Shown piece by piece: positions 40,110-53,472 of a stretch of DNA of 64,000 bases (within the stretch, counting starts at the first letter, position 1; each line of letters starts with the position of its first letter). This DNA comes from Antedon mediterranea (Eukaryota > Animalia > Echinodermata), in assembly GCF_964355755.1 (NCBI RefSeq), contig NC_092670.1, positions 17,532,795 to 17,596,794 of the forward strand, given 5' to 3'. Under the pieces are notes generated by a model. It was not told the DNA's origin. It saw only the letters and a program-made list of their open reading frames with translations, and ran no database searches. The position numbers and the translations under genes were made by a program.

Positions 40110-40401
40110 AGAGATGAACAAATTTTGGCCTAGGGGCAGGTTTTAAAGCAAAATACATCGCTGTAACTCAGCGGTAACGGTATTCGTTAGGATCTCATTC
40201 ACTCCTATCTGACTATCTGTACGAATTATGAAGATAGGGAGTTTACTGTAATGTTCTAATTTATCTATATATCAGGATGATGAAAAACATACATCTCACC
40301 ATCAACCGCTCTTTGGACATGCGGTAAATTCTAGGACTGCGTCGTGGTTTGAACCCATGCACTGACATTTTATAGTCAGTGTAGGCCTAACTAAACATAG
40401 C
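40110..40401 (-). mobile_element. Possible tRNA-derived SINE
   Basis: Minus-strand head gctatgtttagttagg...ctgac/gtcag stem...GGTTCAAACC (B-box-like). Boundaries approximate. Confidence 0.35.
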
Positions 40402-41364
40402 AAAATATTAATAACTTTGACATATCTGGAATGATGACTTTTTAACAGTTGAGATTTAAGAAGTCAGCAAAAGCCCGGAGGCCAAAAGTGAGATTCTCAT
40501 GGCTATCAAATGGTAGAAAACGGCCAAAGTTTCACCGTTTCTATAGTCGTATATTTGCTATTGATAATCTCATAGCAATACGCGTGTTTAATCACCAATG
40601 ATGAATATCATGTTAATACCCCATGTACGTAAATAAAGGAAAACGGGGACACGTGGATACCGTAGGCACGTGATAGCAACGTTTATGTAATATGTCCTCT
40701 TGTTCGTATCAGTATTTCGTACAATTAATACATCGAGAAGGTATCAATTTCAATACTTGATGACAACAAAACATAAGAATAACAAGTCGAAGTGATATAC
40801 ACTTATGTGGACGTTGGTGTCCGCAAGCGATTTTTCTCCGATTGAGTTTCAATAACGGAGTGTGTCAGTCAATTGTTACAATTCAATCGGTAACAATGAA
40901 GTCAATTTTCTCACAATCCGTCTTTGCTATGTGTCCGTGGCTAGTGATACGAATATCCACACATCTCTACCCAGCTGACCAAGTCCTCAGTACCATTCAG
41001 CTGAGATTTCTGTGTTTGTTGACTTTCCCATGTCTTCTGTGCCCAGGCACGATTCATGCTCAAAAAGTTTCTGCCTCAATAAGTCAGAAACTATTTGAAT
41101 TGTAAACGCTTTATCGTATCTAAACAGTAATTTTACGATTCATTACCAGTTATCCATAACATATCTCTTTAACCATGTAATGGTGGCCTCATTCCGCATT
41201 GTTTAATATATTCGATTTTTCTTATTTTCTTGTTTTTTCACTTATTGTTCTGAATATTGCTATTGTAACAATTGTGAAAAGTCTTCTCGATTTGTAGCAT
41301 AAACACTGTCATTGATGGTTCAAGTGTTTTGTTTGTTGATTATGGGAAAGAATTGAATTTTAAC

Positions 41365-41680
41365 AGTTTTAACAATACTTGTTCTGATTAAATGATCGAT
41401 CTCAACTCTTTAGAACGTCTGGGAAAGAAATAGTCCTCTGGTATCCCACCAGATATTAAAGGCGTTTTGTTGATAGTTTTAACAATACTAATTCTGATGA
41501 TCGATCTCAACTCGTTAGAACGTCTGGGAAAGAACTAGTCCTCTGCTATCCCACCAGATATTAAAGGCGTTTTGTTGATAGTTTTAACAATACTTATTCT
41601 GATGATCGATCTCAACTCTTTAGAACGTTTGGGAAAGAACTACTCCTCTGCTATCCCACCAGATATTGAAGGCTTTTTGT
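41365..41680. repeat. ~105-bp tandem repeat x3
   Basis: Units agttttaacaatac...gatcgatctcaactc...gggaaagaa...atcccaccagatatt start at 41365, 41475 and 41580. Confidence 0.9.
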
Positions 41681-44600
41681 ATATCATCTTTACCGTATAC
41701 TTTCCAACCAGTTAACTGCTGCTATATACGTGTTGTGTACACAACTCCCTGGTACAAGTAAACAGCCAAATTGGCCGTCAGTCAATGGATTTTTGATTGA
41801 ATTTAACCGTTTATTTTGTCTTTTGTGAAAACATTATTTTGGGGTTGTTAATTTCTATTGTAATTAACTTTATTAAAACCAAAACTACAAAATGACGTAT
41901 TCAAAGTCAAATTTTTATTTTTAACGTTTGGGTGACAATACATCTTTAAGTTTGGAACTAATCTCTCATACCTGTAATATAGGCCTACTCGTATTATATT
42001 GTGTAGGCCTCTATTCTGCTTCAATTATCATTACTTTATTCTATGTTAAATATAACGTTGATTATAAATAGGTTACAAACATTTATAGTTCATAAAATAT
42101 AATTTAATGTAAACTTACATTTCAAGACAACTGCGTTGAGCTGATCAATAAGTTGATTTCAGTTCATAGGCCTATTGGTTAATTCATCATTAACTGCAAG
42201 GTAGAAGAAATTGTTTTCGTCGTGTGCAAACATTATAAGCCTACTCCTATTTCAGGGAAGATTTCATTTATAGGCTACAATTTGATAAATATAAAACTGA
42301 TTAAAATCTGAATTGGGCAATTAAAAAAACAAGTGTAAAACGTGCCAATACAGTTTCATCATCGAGAAACAAGTTGACTTGAAACTGAACGGACGTAAGT
42401 TCATTCTGGTGTATAAACAGATGGTATTTACCATAATTTCGTATTTTACCATTGGTTTGATAAATAAGAAATTGCTGGGGATTCCTGGGGTTTAAAGTAA
42501 GGATCTTTCATGTTTTAACTGATCATAAACATGTTGGTGAATGATTGTAAATGTTCATCTGTTAAGCTGGATTCCTATAGGCCTAAACAGGTCTTTATAT
42601 GTCTTCAGAAGGCATTGTGCATTACCGTACAAAAATAGTGTTTTCATCATTCTGTTTAAGGCCTAAAGATTATCCAAGGAGACAATGAGAGCGCGCGAGA
42701 AATAACACAAACAATAATCAAATAATATAGTAGCGACGTCTGTTGCTCAAAAATTAAAATTACAATATAAACCCGTTTCTTAGAATATTTTGTTTTTGTA
42801 CGATTAATGTTGATGTTTTTTACGGGATAGCCATAGAATGTGCGCTACTGCATTTTAAGATTAACACAACAAAAGATTAGTGGGCCATTCAACAATTCTT
42901 CGGGGTTTCTTTAAAGTTAAGGTTATATTTAAAAGTACGTTGTTCATTGATACTTTCTCTTTTATTGTATGTGCCTTGTTGTCTGCCTTCGATAATGCAA
43001 GTTACTCTGAATAGAATATAAACTATTTCCAGAAAATTATAAGGTTCAGTCTGAGGATGTTGGTTATTGTGGAGGTGTGGGTTGAAAGTCTTTGTCCAGT
43101 TAAACATTTAATTGAGCAGCTGTGTTTTTAAGACAATAATTAATTTTTTGGAAATTAAAAGTTGACAACAATACATAATTTATGATAACGCTCCTTTTTA
43201 ATCAAAATTACTGTAAACTAAGAATAAACCTTACATGATATAAAATGAAAGATGAAACAAAGTATTTATAAACGAACTCAGGACCGTTTAACAATGATTT
43301 GCTTACGTTTACAGCTATTTTCCCGACAAATAGACTACAAAGCTGACGTCACTGTTCAACTTTTATTTAAACCATGATCCACTATTAATACTCCTTTATC
43401 TAAATATAGACGTTAATAAAGTTACGTTTACACTGAGACTGGATGCATTATTTTTGTCTCCTATGAGGTTAAGGAAGAGATCATGTGAATATCTTTTTTC
43501 TGTTTGTACGTTTGTTGATATGGATGAAATTTCCGAAATAAAAGAAATTGAATTGAGTACACGATCACAATCCTATTTCTGTGGCCTGAAATCGTAGAAA
43601 ACAATGTGTAATCCACACGTGTGTGATCGACAAATGTAAAATATAGTCCTTCATGACTCAGTGTGAACAAAGCTTTAAGCTTGGTTCCCTTTAACGCAAC
43701 GCATAAGCACAACGCAACGCAAGCAGGGATTGGTCAGATTACTTATTTCCTTGCGTTGGGAACGAATTACGAATAGTTACATCCATATATTATACAAGAC
43801 AAAAATATTTGACAAAAATATCAAAAAATTCACCAGCAAATTAACAATATAGCATCTTCCACAAAAACAACCTAAAATACCAATTTGCACCAACGCTGAG
43901 GCAGGTAGGATCAACTATGGTTTTAATTAATTAATTAATTATTACATATATATATTATTTTATATGCATGCATCAATATAAAGCAGGGAGATTTACGTCT
44001 CCGTGTATAAGTAGTTGTTTCCTTTATGATATACCGTAACCTTGCAAAATGGGGCCGCATTAATAATAATAGTATATGAAAATGATTTGAAAGCTTAGTT
44101 CCGGAGTCTTTCAAAGAAAAACGGTACTGAAACGTAAATATAAGTGTACAATATTGTGTTTACACTGGGACTGGGAAGTGGATTGAACTATCATTCTTTT
44201 ATATCAGTTTATATAGTTGTTTTCCTAAAAAAACACTCATCCATCTCTAGCTTATTTAAGACGACGTTGTCGAATAAACGGCACTAAAAAAACACAATAA
44301 GGGTTCCGCTCGAGTGGTTCGCTTTCAATAGCTGCTAATTATTAATAAAGAGCGTATGATGTTACCGATCAATTGTTATGCCGTCTTGGTAGCTAACCCC
44401 ACTAACTGCGTACAAAACATATTCGTTTAGTAAATATTTTAACATGGTCAGTAATTACGTTTATTTGCCTTGTTCGCGTGCCACTTTTGTTATTTACAAT
44501 TGGAATGCGAGTTAAGTTATCAATAATTCAGAAGCGTTTTGATAGTCTGCTTTCAAAGTGCTTCGTTATTATTATTGCAGTCATTATAACAATATTTTCC

Positions 44601-46527
44601 ATTTAGTCTGGCAAGCACTCTTTATACAATCTTTGTCTCTGAAGTGTACCAGTCACCAGAGCTACTTAACATCACTTATATAAATGATTACCAAAACTTC
44701 AACTGAATTAAACACTTTAAAAGCAAAATGCTCCTTTAGTTTCTTCTATCCTCCTTTGTACATATATTATGTTTTGGCACATTTGACGTTTCGTCTGTGA
44801 CCAATAATCCTAGTAGGCATATAGCTTCGTTTTGAGATGTAAATAGATCAAAACCAGAACCAAAGTACTACATAATCACCATCTCATTATTAAGTTTCAT
44901 TTTTCGTTCAGGGAACTCTGCTTCTGCTGGATCCGAACCTGACGACTTCTCTAATACGACAGCGGTCTTTTGCCCTGACGCGGTTCTCCTGATCTTTGTC
45001 ATTCAGAAATTTGATCAAATGTATGCGAGAGTCTATTTATATAATTTATTTACAATGTTACGCAACAAACTATATATAACTATATTTATCATTCGTTTGC
45101 AATTGTCCTTTATCCGAAAAAAATTAGGTAATGTAAAAAATGTACACAATTTCAGACGCGGCGCATCGTCGTTTCGTCTGTCTCATGCTGCCTATTATTA
45201 TTATATAGGCCTATACATTATCGTCCCTTGATTTTAGGTTGACACTGTGTATCCCTTTGCCGAAGGCTTGATACTTTCATAAAAGCTATGGATACCGCTT
45301 ACGTGTGATCATTTTAAAGCGGCTTGGTCTTATATATATAATAGCCTTACCCAAACCTCTCCACAACTTAGGTGGTTGCAGCTACAGTAAGTGAATTGGA
45401 TACTCAGGATGGGAAGGGGGTGGCATGGTCTCTATTACATACATCACATGGGCCAATATTGCTATTTCGACACACTATAGAAAAACAGACGCTTCCTTCA
45501 AGTCGTAAAATATAACTTTGCCTTGAGGCGTTTTAATCGATCAAGTTCCGAAAACAATGCAATTGCACGTGGCAAGAAATTAATATTTGAACTGCATTAT
45601 TCAACAGAGTAGTTGATCGATGTAGAATTATCGCGTATAGTTTGTAAACGTGTGTGGTCATTAGTTAATGTATGATTAATATACGTTTGTATTAATTATA
45701 TTCGGTTTATGGTTTGAAGGTAGGTCGGGAATATAATAATAATGATAATTGGCTAGATGTACTGCGCGTGAGATCAAGACAACTGGGTGACTACTGAGAG
45801 TGAGGTAGAAGTGCGAGGTTCCCGGGTTTCCTTCCCCTGGCCACAACACAAGCAATTGGGTTATCCGAACACTTTCGAGTGTTTCGAGTCAAATCGCCTG
45901 CGTTGCGTCGTAAGTAGGAACCAAGCTTTAATTGGGTGTCCAACCCACGTCGAACCACCAATCTAAATAGATGTATAGGCATATATAGACGATCGCCTTT
46001 TACGTAAATGGCATTCCTCTTCTCTGGACCGTATCGATCCAGAGGGGAGGGAGTGCAAAGTATTTATATACTTAATTTAATTGATTTGATTAGGCCTACT
46101 GTATATTGCAGTTAGCCCTCTTTCCATATCAAGCCACAGCCGATTCTCGGTAGGCCTACTGTATCTACAGTATTTCCGAAGTAAGTAAGAATATTTGGTA
46201 AACATCTCATGTGTATCACATATCTAGTAGTAAAACCTAATGATATAAATGGGATGCTTTTTGACTAAATATTCCTATGATACTTCGAAAATCGATAGTA
46301 AGTGGAGATATAGCATTCTGGTAGGCCACAAAAAAAAAAAATGTTTGTTATAAAAAACTACAATGGACATCTGCAAAAATGCACTAAATGAAATTTAACA
46401 GAAAAGAAAGAAGGCCAGGAGGGAGATCAATCAACATAAATCACAACAATTTAAAACCAAACTAAAAATGATTTAGTTATTGCAGTCACAGCATAATATA
46501 ATCATCCTGCTCACGACACAGTAAAAT

Positions 46528-47531
46528 TATGGAAGGCAATCGCCGCCAAAAATACAAAAGTAAAACAAACAACGTACTTTCACAATTATGGGACCCGCCT
46601 TTTATTTCAATTTTTATCATGATGACGTCATCAAAATGAACACGAAGATAGCAATTTTGGAAGGAATTTATCTGAGCAACAACATATTAACGTGTAGAAT
46701 TGAAGAATTTGGATGCGTAGAATATAGATGCGGGCTATTTTAAATGAACTATGACGCAAAAGATAAAAATACGACTTTTATAATTCAACTGGCCATAAAT
46801 GATGTCACAACATCCGATACGCAACATTTTTACATGAATTCGTATCTAGAATTCAACATCTTCCAGAAAACGTTTTCATGAGGGTCACTTTTCCTCCATT
46901 TGTCAGGATGAGTTTTGCTTACGCGCGCAAGATACAGGCTGCTCGCTTTGAGATCCCTAAGGCATATCCTCTTATCGGAACTTTTGCAATAACCCGACTT
47001 AAAAAATAGACGAGTCCTTAGATCATTCGGCAATCTACATCGTTTGGTAAAGCAGGTTTTTCGTTTATCAATGTACGTTGTCCGTTTGTATAAAATACGT
47101 TGTTCACGTAAAAGTAGGTTGTTCGTTTTTTAAAGTACGTTGTTTGTTTTACATTAGTTCGTTCGTTTGTGAAAGTAGGTTGTTCGTTTGTGAAAGTACG
47201 TTCTTTGTTTTAATTTAGATCGTTCGTTTGTGAAAGAAGGTATTCGTTCGTGAAAGTACGTTGTTCGTTTGTGAAAGTACGTTGTTTGTTTTACTTTTGT
47301 ATTTTTGGCGGCGATTGCCTTCCATACGTTTGTAAAAAATACGTTGTTCGCGTAAAAGTAGGTTGTTCGTTTTTTAAAGTACGTTGTTTGTTTTACATTA
47401 GTTCGTTCGTTTGTGAAAGTAGGTTGTTCGTTTGTGAAAGAAGGTTGTTCGTTTGTGAAAGTACGTTGTTCGTTTGTGAAAGTACGTTGTTTGTTTTACT
47501 TTTGTATTTTTGGCGGCGATTGCCTTCCATA
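46528..47531. mobile_element. TIR element with internal 21-bp repeats and a duplicated right end
   Basis: Left TIR tatggaaggcaatcgccgccaaaaatacaaaagtaaaacaaacaacgtactttcacaa. Its reverse complement occurs twice, ending at 47326 and 47531. Arrays of gttcgtttgtgaaagtacgtt lie inside. Confidence 0.85.
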
Positions 47532-48707
47532 ATATGGAATAGGAGATGCGAACTGATAATAATGATGATTACTTTACCTGCAAAATCGTTAAAGATGTAT
47601 TGTCCTCCAAAAACATGAAAATTTAAGATTAATACAAAGAAATACTTTGAATAGGCCATTTCGCAGTTTTAATAAAGTTAATCACTTCCGTAAAAAAAAA
47701 AAAATTATATTCTTACTTGTAAAAAGACAAAATAAACGGTTAGGCTAAATTCAAACAAAAAACTATCTATTTCCAGTCAATCGGACTATTTTCTGCTTTA
47801 GTTTTAGTTTTCTTCAGGTAAACAATTGATCAAAGTGAATAACTAATATGTGACATTAAAATTGCATATTCAACAAACACATTTAAAAACTTTCGTAACA
47901 TTTTCTATTCTACACTCATTTATATATGTGAACTTTATTCAATCAATCGTACATTTTTTATAATGGTAACCATAATAAGGTATTACAGTAGATTTTTACC
48001 AAAAAAAAACAAAAAAAAAACCAATATAAATATTAATTATAAAATATATACAATGATTAAAAATGGTTTATCATGTATTTTGTTTCAAAGAAAGGTTTGT
48101 TAATTTTCGTTGACAAGATTCAGATTAAATGTGTATGTTGTCTACATGGAAATATATAATGAAATACATCTACTACATTATAAGTTGAAATAAACATAAA
48201 ATGTATAAATAGGACTAATAACAATAATTCAGATCGTAATTAAATAATTTTCATTGAATCTGAATAAATTAAAGTTTTATTTGCATATTCGCGTGTCTTT
48301 GGCTTTGTTACTAGTAAAACCTCAAAGTCATTGCATCTCTCCCAGCACCTTGTAGGATCTCACACAATCATAGACCTAGGTCCACCTGTGGAATCGCTGA
48401 TATTTCACAGATAATAATTATTGATCGGATACATACACGACCTGTCCCTATGAGAACCCAGCAGACAGGTTTTACGTGTTGTGGCTGCGCTTAGCTATTT
48501 ATTCGATTTTGTAAAAAATGTACGAAATCGATAATTGAAAACTGATCCACGGCAGGCAAAATCAAAGCCCCATTCACACGATGAAAATCAATCACTAGTC
48601 TATCAACTGTTTAGTTTGGTTTATTTACGTAATTGGTTGAATTCAAGTAATCACGGTAGATCAATTACTTGTATTATACACTGAAAAGGCCTAAGTATTA
48701 CTCTTTA

Positions 48708-48850
48708 AGCTCGGTTCCCACTAGGACGAAACGCAGGGACGTGGGTGCAGCGCAAGTCATTTGACCAATAACAGCAATGGATTATTCGAACTGTCGCTTG
48801 ATAAAAGGTCACCTCGCATGTGGGTTGCGTCCTTGCGTTGCGTCTTAGTT
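48708..48850. mobile_element. Harbinger-type MITE copy (same family as 18563)
   Basis: agctcggttcccactaggacgaaacgcagggacg...ttgaccaat...gcgtccttgcgttgcgtcttagt. Confidence 0.65.
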
Positions 48851-50849
48851 CCACCAGTGTACAAGGGGGGATGCAACGTAAGAACGACGCGCGCGCAAAG
48901 AAAATATATGTTTTTTTATTGCATAATACATAAGAATCGTATCAACTACTGTATTACGTCTACTGTCAAAGTCATTTCGTATTTTGAAGCCTCCTACAAT
49001 AAGGTTATAAGAGTACCTGACTGTCGTTAAAAATGTGTAACTTTGTTCATTTATATTATAATTTAGCTTACCCCTCTCACATTGCCACAATACCAGAGCG
49101 ATGTGAATGTATCAAACAATTGTTGCCTATCTACTACTACCAGAACCTTTAAATAATAGGTACTCGTAATAACAGAGAGCTGGGATACTGAAGTAGCATA
49201 TATAGCATTGTAATATGACATTGTACATAGCAACCATTTCTGTTACAACTTCAATTGCTTCTGGGGTTATCATAAACATTATAATCAGCCGTTTAATACA
49301 ATTTGGCAATGGGAAAATCATGTCTATCCACCATTTGTGTCCACTAATACTGGTGACTATTGTTTGCATTGGCGTGAACTATAAGAGAATGAGCTGTGTC
49401 AATATACATGCACGTCTCGTAAACCGAGCGATTTGATTGGACAATATTGTTTACTTTACGCAAATGATATAGCACGTGTTACTATCCCAGGGGTTAAATA
49501 TGAGCAAGGCCTTATTTAAAATAACGAATATTAGATAATGTTAGATAACAAGAAGAAAATTAATTCAATTTTTTTTCAACGAGCAACATATATTTACACA
49601 GTGGATGTAAAGTTACATTGCTCACGGGGTTGTTTGTACAATCGATTTAATTGTCGAAATTTGTCCAAAAATCGTGCGTTGAGGTTAATATCAGAAATGT
49701 TTTACGACGTTGAATTTAATTAAATAAAACAGTTGTTTAATAATTGTTTTTTTAAACATATATCTCATTTGAAATAAAATAATTAATCTAAGTGATTTAA
49801 TCTAGCTATAAGATGAGCCACATATTCGACAGATAATTAAAGTTAGAGCTCAAATCTGCTAAATCGTTAAACATTATTGCATAAACATAGAATGGTTCTG
49901 CAGATGTGATTGTGTTATTACAAATAAAACTGTCGTATTTTATAATTTTGTTATTCAATATCCCAACGGTAAAAAGAAACATACCATAGCTTCTGTGGGT
50001 AGTTAAAGGTCAATTCCAGGAATAAATCGAGTGGTTAATGGCTAGTTACGTAAAAACTGCTTATTATGAATAATCATGCTTAAGAATTTTTTAAAATTTG
50101 TCAAACGAAAGTGTACAAATTGATTTAATATTCATTGTTTCTCAAACATGTGAACTGAAGATTAATAAAATCAAACTTTCAATAGGTCATTTTAGTGTAG
50201 TTATTCTCTTCTCTTAAAAACATGATTTCGCTTATAAGAAATTACAATATATCTAGTTGAATTTAACACAAAAAAACAATGGGCTTCATCCTGTTGACTT
50301 TTTTCTTCTTTAAATTGCGGTACTCAGATTCAATGTTTGATCAAATTGAATAACTATTTGAAATAGACATTGAAATGAAATGTTAAAATACATTTTTAGG
50401 AGGATAATACATCTTAAACAATGCATGCAAATTAAATTAAATTCAATGTCAAAACAAAACTTAAATATTGTAAAAGTAAACAAATAAGGAAGAGACTTGT
50501 ATATAACCTTTAACTATCACGATGCCCTAAAAGAGAGAATACATTATGAAGGTAAACGTAAATGAAATAACGAATGCGCAGTTTGATACCATTTAATTAT
50601 ATGAATTGATGTGTTATCCATATTTACAATACAGTAGGCCTACATCAATACAATCTAGAGGAAAGCATTATAAAGCAACTGAAAAAAATACGTAAAAGTA
50701 TGTTCTTAATATTCATTACGTAAATACAAAATACTATACAACAATGAATAGGGCTGTGGTTTTGTTTTTTTTAGCTTAATTTTTTCATTCATTTAGCAAC
50801 AATACAGGTAAAAAAACCAAGATCAAATAAGTTAAAACTGCCTCAATAT

Positions 50850-50897
50850 AAGTTTATTTTTACGACAGGTTTCGGGCATAGTCCATCATCAGGTGAA
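50850..50897 (-). ncRNA. Degenerate minimal hammerhead ribozyme motif typical of Penelope-like element pLTRs
   Basis: Minus strand: CAC-CTGATGA-T-GGAC-TAT-GCCC-GAAAC-CT-GTC-GTA, followed by AATAAA. Confidence 0.55.
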
Positions 50898-51763
50898 GAG
50901 AATTGTAACAAAGGAAAACATATATACCGGTAAGTAACAAAATAAAAAATAAATACAAAATTAAAAATCAGGTAAAAAAAATATATAGGCCTATATAAAT
51001 ATTAAAACGTAATTAGAACAATCGAAAGGAAAAATACAAAAGCAATTGCGCAAAAGAACATTTTAATAGTTGAAAAGTTATTAATAGCAGGCCTACCTTA
51101 TATACTTACACTGTGTAAAAAAAAAACATTCTAGGGAAGACCACCAAACGAATAGACAAAAACATACACCAGTGAATTAAAATCATTATAGCAACATGAA
51201 AACATTGATCTCTCAATGGATATACAAACAAAATAAGCAAAACTATAATAATATAAAATTTAATACTTTTCAATACATGGCTAAATGTTCTTACATTTTA
51301 TTTTAACTTAGAATAACTCAATTCTGTCCTCGATAGACAGACACTTAAAATACACTTTAATTAAGATTTAAACTATTAAATATGATATATTCAAGTGACT
51401 TTTACCACATTTATTATTGGCAACTATCAGCATATCAAATTTCAGACTTTTAGCTGGGAATCTTAACACTCGGCCAATTAATTTGTAGTTTGCCTTAATT
51501 TTAATCCTGAACGTTGGTCCAAGTAGTGTGCGTGCAATATGAAACCTGTTTAAGTCACATTATGAGTGAACGGCGGTTAAGAAAACTAGTGAAACCATTA
51601 ACAAACACCGTTTAAAGGGTTAGAAAACAAAAAGAACACAGCGATCGATTATTGAATAGTAACACGCCTACTTAAGTATCAACGTGTATTGCTCATGCGC
51701 GGGCGTAGCTCCACCTCCTTTGTTATGAATATCAAACTTTCGCTGACGACGGACGACCGCGGG

Positions 51764-51770
51764 TATAAAA
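51764..51770 (+). promoter_or_regulatory. TATA box of Ptf1a
   Basis: TATAAAA preceded by GC-rich gaccgcggg, ~90 nt upstream of the ATG. Confidence 0.65.
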
Positions 51771-51857
51771 CGTTCGTAATTGCCTGATAAGTTTACTCGC
51801 ATTTGATGCGTTAGCAAAGAATCTTTAACTGTATTTTCGAAATATAAATAAACCATC

Positions 51858-52239
51858 ATGGAAAATTATCCGATGATGTACACGGATTTTTCGCATTCTT
51901 ATTCGTTTTCTCCGTATCCTAAACGAAGACAGGACCACGATCTAGGAAAGAGACGACGACGAAAGAGTAAATGCCCCAACCAACAACATGACCAACGCCA
52001 GGCTGCCAATATGAGGGAGAGGAAGAGGATGCAGTCGATAAATGATGCATTTGAAGGGCTTAGAGAGCACATACCAACCTTACCGTACGAAAAACGTCTT
52101 TCAAAAGTGGACACGTTAAGACTAGCTATTGGGTATATTGGATTTCTTTCTGAGTTATTGGACAACGATGAGAATTCGAACGAATCCATCCAAGCTTTAC
52201 GAACAGAAAAACCGAAAAAGATTATTATTTGTCACAGAG
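51858..52239 (+). CDS. ptf1a: Pancreas transcription factor 1a (bHLH), coding exon 1
   Basis: ATG at 51858 with an in-frame TAA 9 nt upstream. b[59 protein letters not shown] is nearly identical to the PTF1A bHLH and is followed by KKIIICHR. Donor AG|GTATGT at 52240 (phase 1); the ORF-track tail beyond this point is intron read-through. Confidence 0.96.
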
Positions 52240-53230
52240 GTATGTACAACTTTATCTATATGTTTAATGTGTATTCGTTGTATTTAGCTAGCAATCAATG
52301 TTACAGTGTAAAGTTATTGATAGTCTGGATCAGAATAATATGTTTCGTTCATATTGTACATATTGTAAATCCAATCATCTTAATACCATTTTTTCAATCA
52401 TTGCTCATTATTGCTTTAAGTTTTAGTGTTCCGAACTTAATTTTTGGCTCAAACTTAGCTTGGTTTTTAAAATGTTATTTGTTCATGTGATTTCATTAAA
52501 AGAAAGTAATATTCCACCTATCATTATATTGTCCAAATACTTTCTTCTAAAAGTTTAACCGAATATGTTTTCTTTAAATATCGCCATCAATTATTGTAAA
52601 TAATATTTAATATAACTTTTAAATGTTATTCTTCATCTGTTTTTACGAAAAGAAGCAAGTAATTTTCTATTAGTATTGTCCAAATGATGTTCCTCCTAAA
52701 GTTTACCCCAAGTGTTTTTAAATATCACCATCAAATTATTATAAATAATACCGGTAGCCATGCACAACGATTTGTATATCTAACAGTGGATTTGACTTAA
52801 ATTAATTTATTGGAAAATTGTTTAAAATACATACAAAGTCATAACATTATTTGCATTTCCCAGCTTATGAGCTTATCTCCATAAAAACAATTCAAATATT
52901 GCGTTAAATCCTAAAGCATACATTAAAAAAAACAGTATGCCTTAAATATAAACCTATATTAATAATTAAAAATAATAAGCTAGTGCACGTGTTATCTATG
53001 CATTATTCTAAGATATTTCATCACTATCTTAATCATCATTAATTAATCGCTACTAATTAATAATATATGAACATTGTAGTATAAAATTGTATTATTAATA
53101 TTATGAGTTGCACCCACTACTTGTTGACATTGCAAGGTATTGATTACCACGGCCGAATGAAACCATAACAAAGCTATTATAGATTGCCGTTAATTTCCTG
53201 TTAACGAATTATTTTCTTTCGTTTGTCTAG

Positions 53231-53472
53231 GTTCGCCAACTCCAACAGAAATGGAATACGGAATGCCACCCCTCGCTGGTCACTCACTCTCCTGGTGCAA
53301 TGAAAAAAAGGTGTTTAGCTGCAAATCGAATAACACAATGACGGCCAAAGTTTGGACACCGGAGGACCCAAGAGGAGGTGGACATTACTGTCATCTTAAG
53401 AGTCCGGATATTCCACGAGAGACTATTCTACCAGAAGACTCGCTTTTAGAAGGTCATACAATATTACTATAG
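53231..53472 (+). CDS. ptf1a: Ptf1a coding exon 2 (C-terminal RBPJ-binding motifs)
   Basis: Polypyrimidine acceptor ttttctttcgtttgtctAG ends at 53230. The phase-1 join gives [24 protein letters not shown]...[11 protein letters not shown], i.e. the PTF1A C1 (HSLSW) and C2 (VWTPEDPR) motifs. Stop TAG ends at 53472; spliced protein 207 aa. Confidence 0.95.

Noticed and set aside
40972-41030. CAGCTG boxes followed by TTTCCCA as a PTF1 site
   Set aside because: The 20-nt spacing does not fit the one- or two-turn geometry.
41365-41680. Tandem ~105-bp units containing CTGATGA (retrozyme-like)
   Set aside because: No GAAA follows a stem II (the sequence reads TTAGAAC), so the hammerhead core is incomplete.
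44775-44820. GACGAAACGTC on the minus strand resembling a second hammerhead half
   Set aside because: No CUGANGA box upstream of the small stem.
47250-47659. ORFs of 122 and 88 aa
   Set aside because: Derived from the 21-bp subrepeats of a TIR element.
52240-52490. Hydrophobic C-terminus of the 210-aa ORF (apparent membrane-anchored bHLH)
   Set aside because: Intron read-through; the conserved Ptf1a sequence resumes in frame at 53231.
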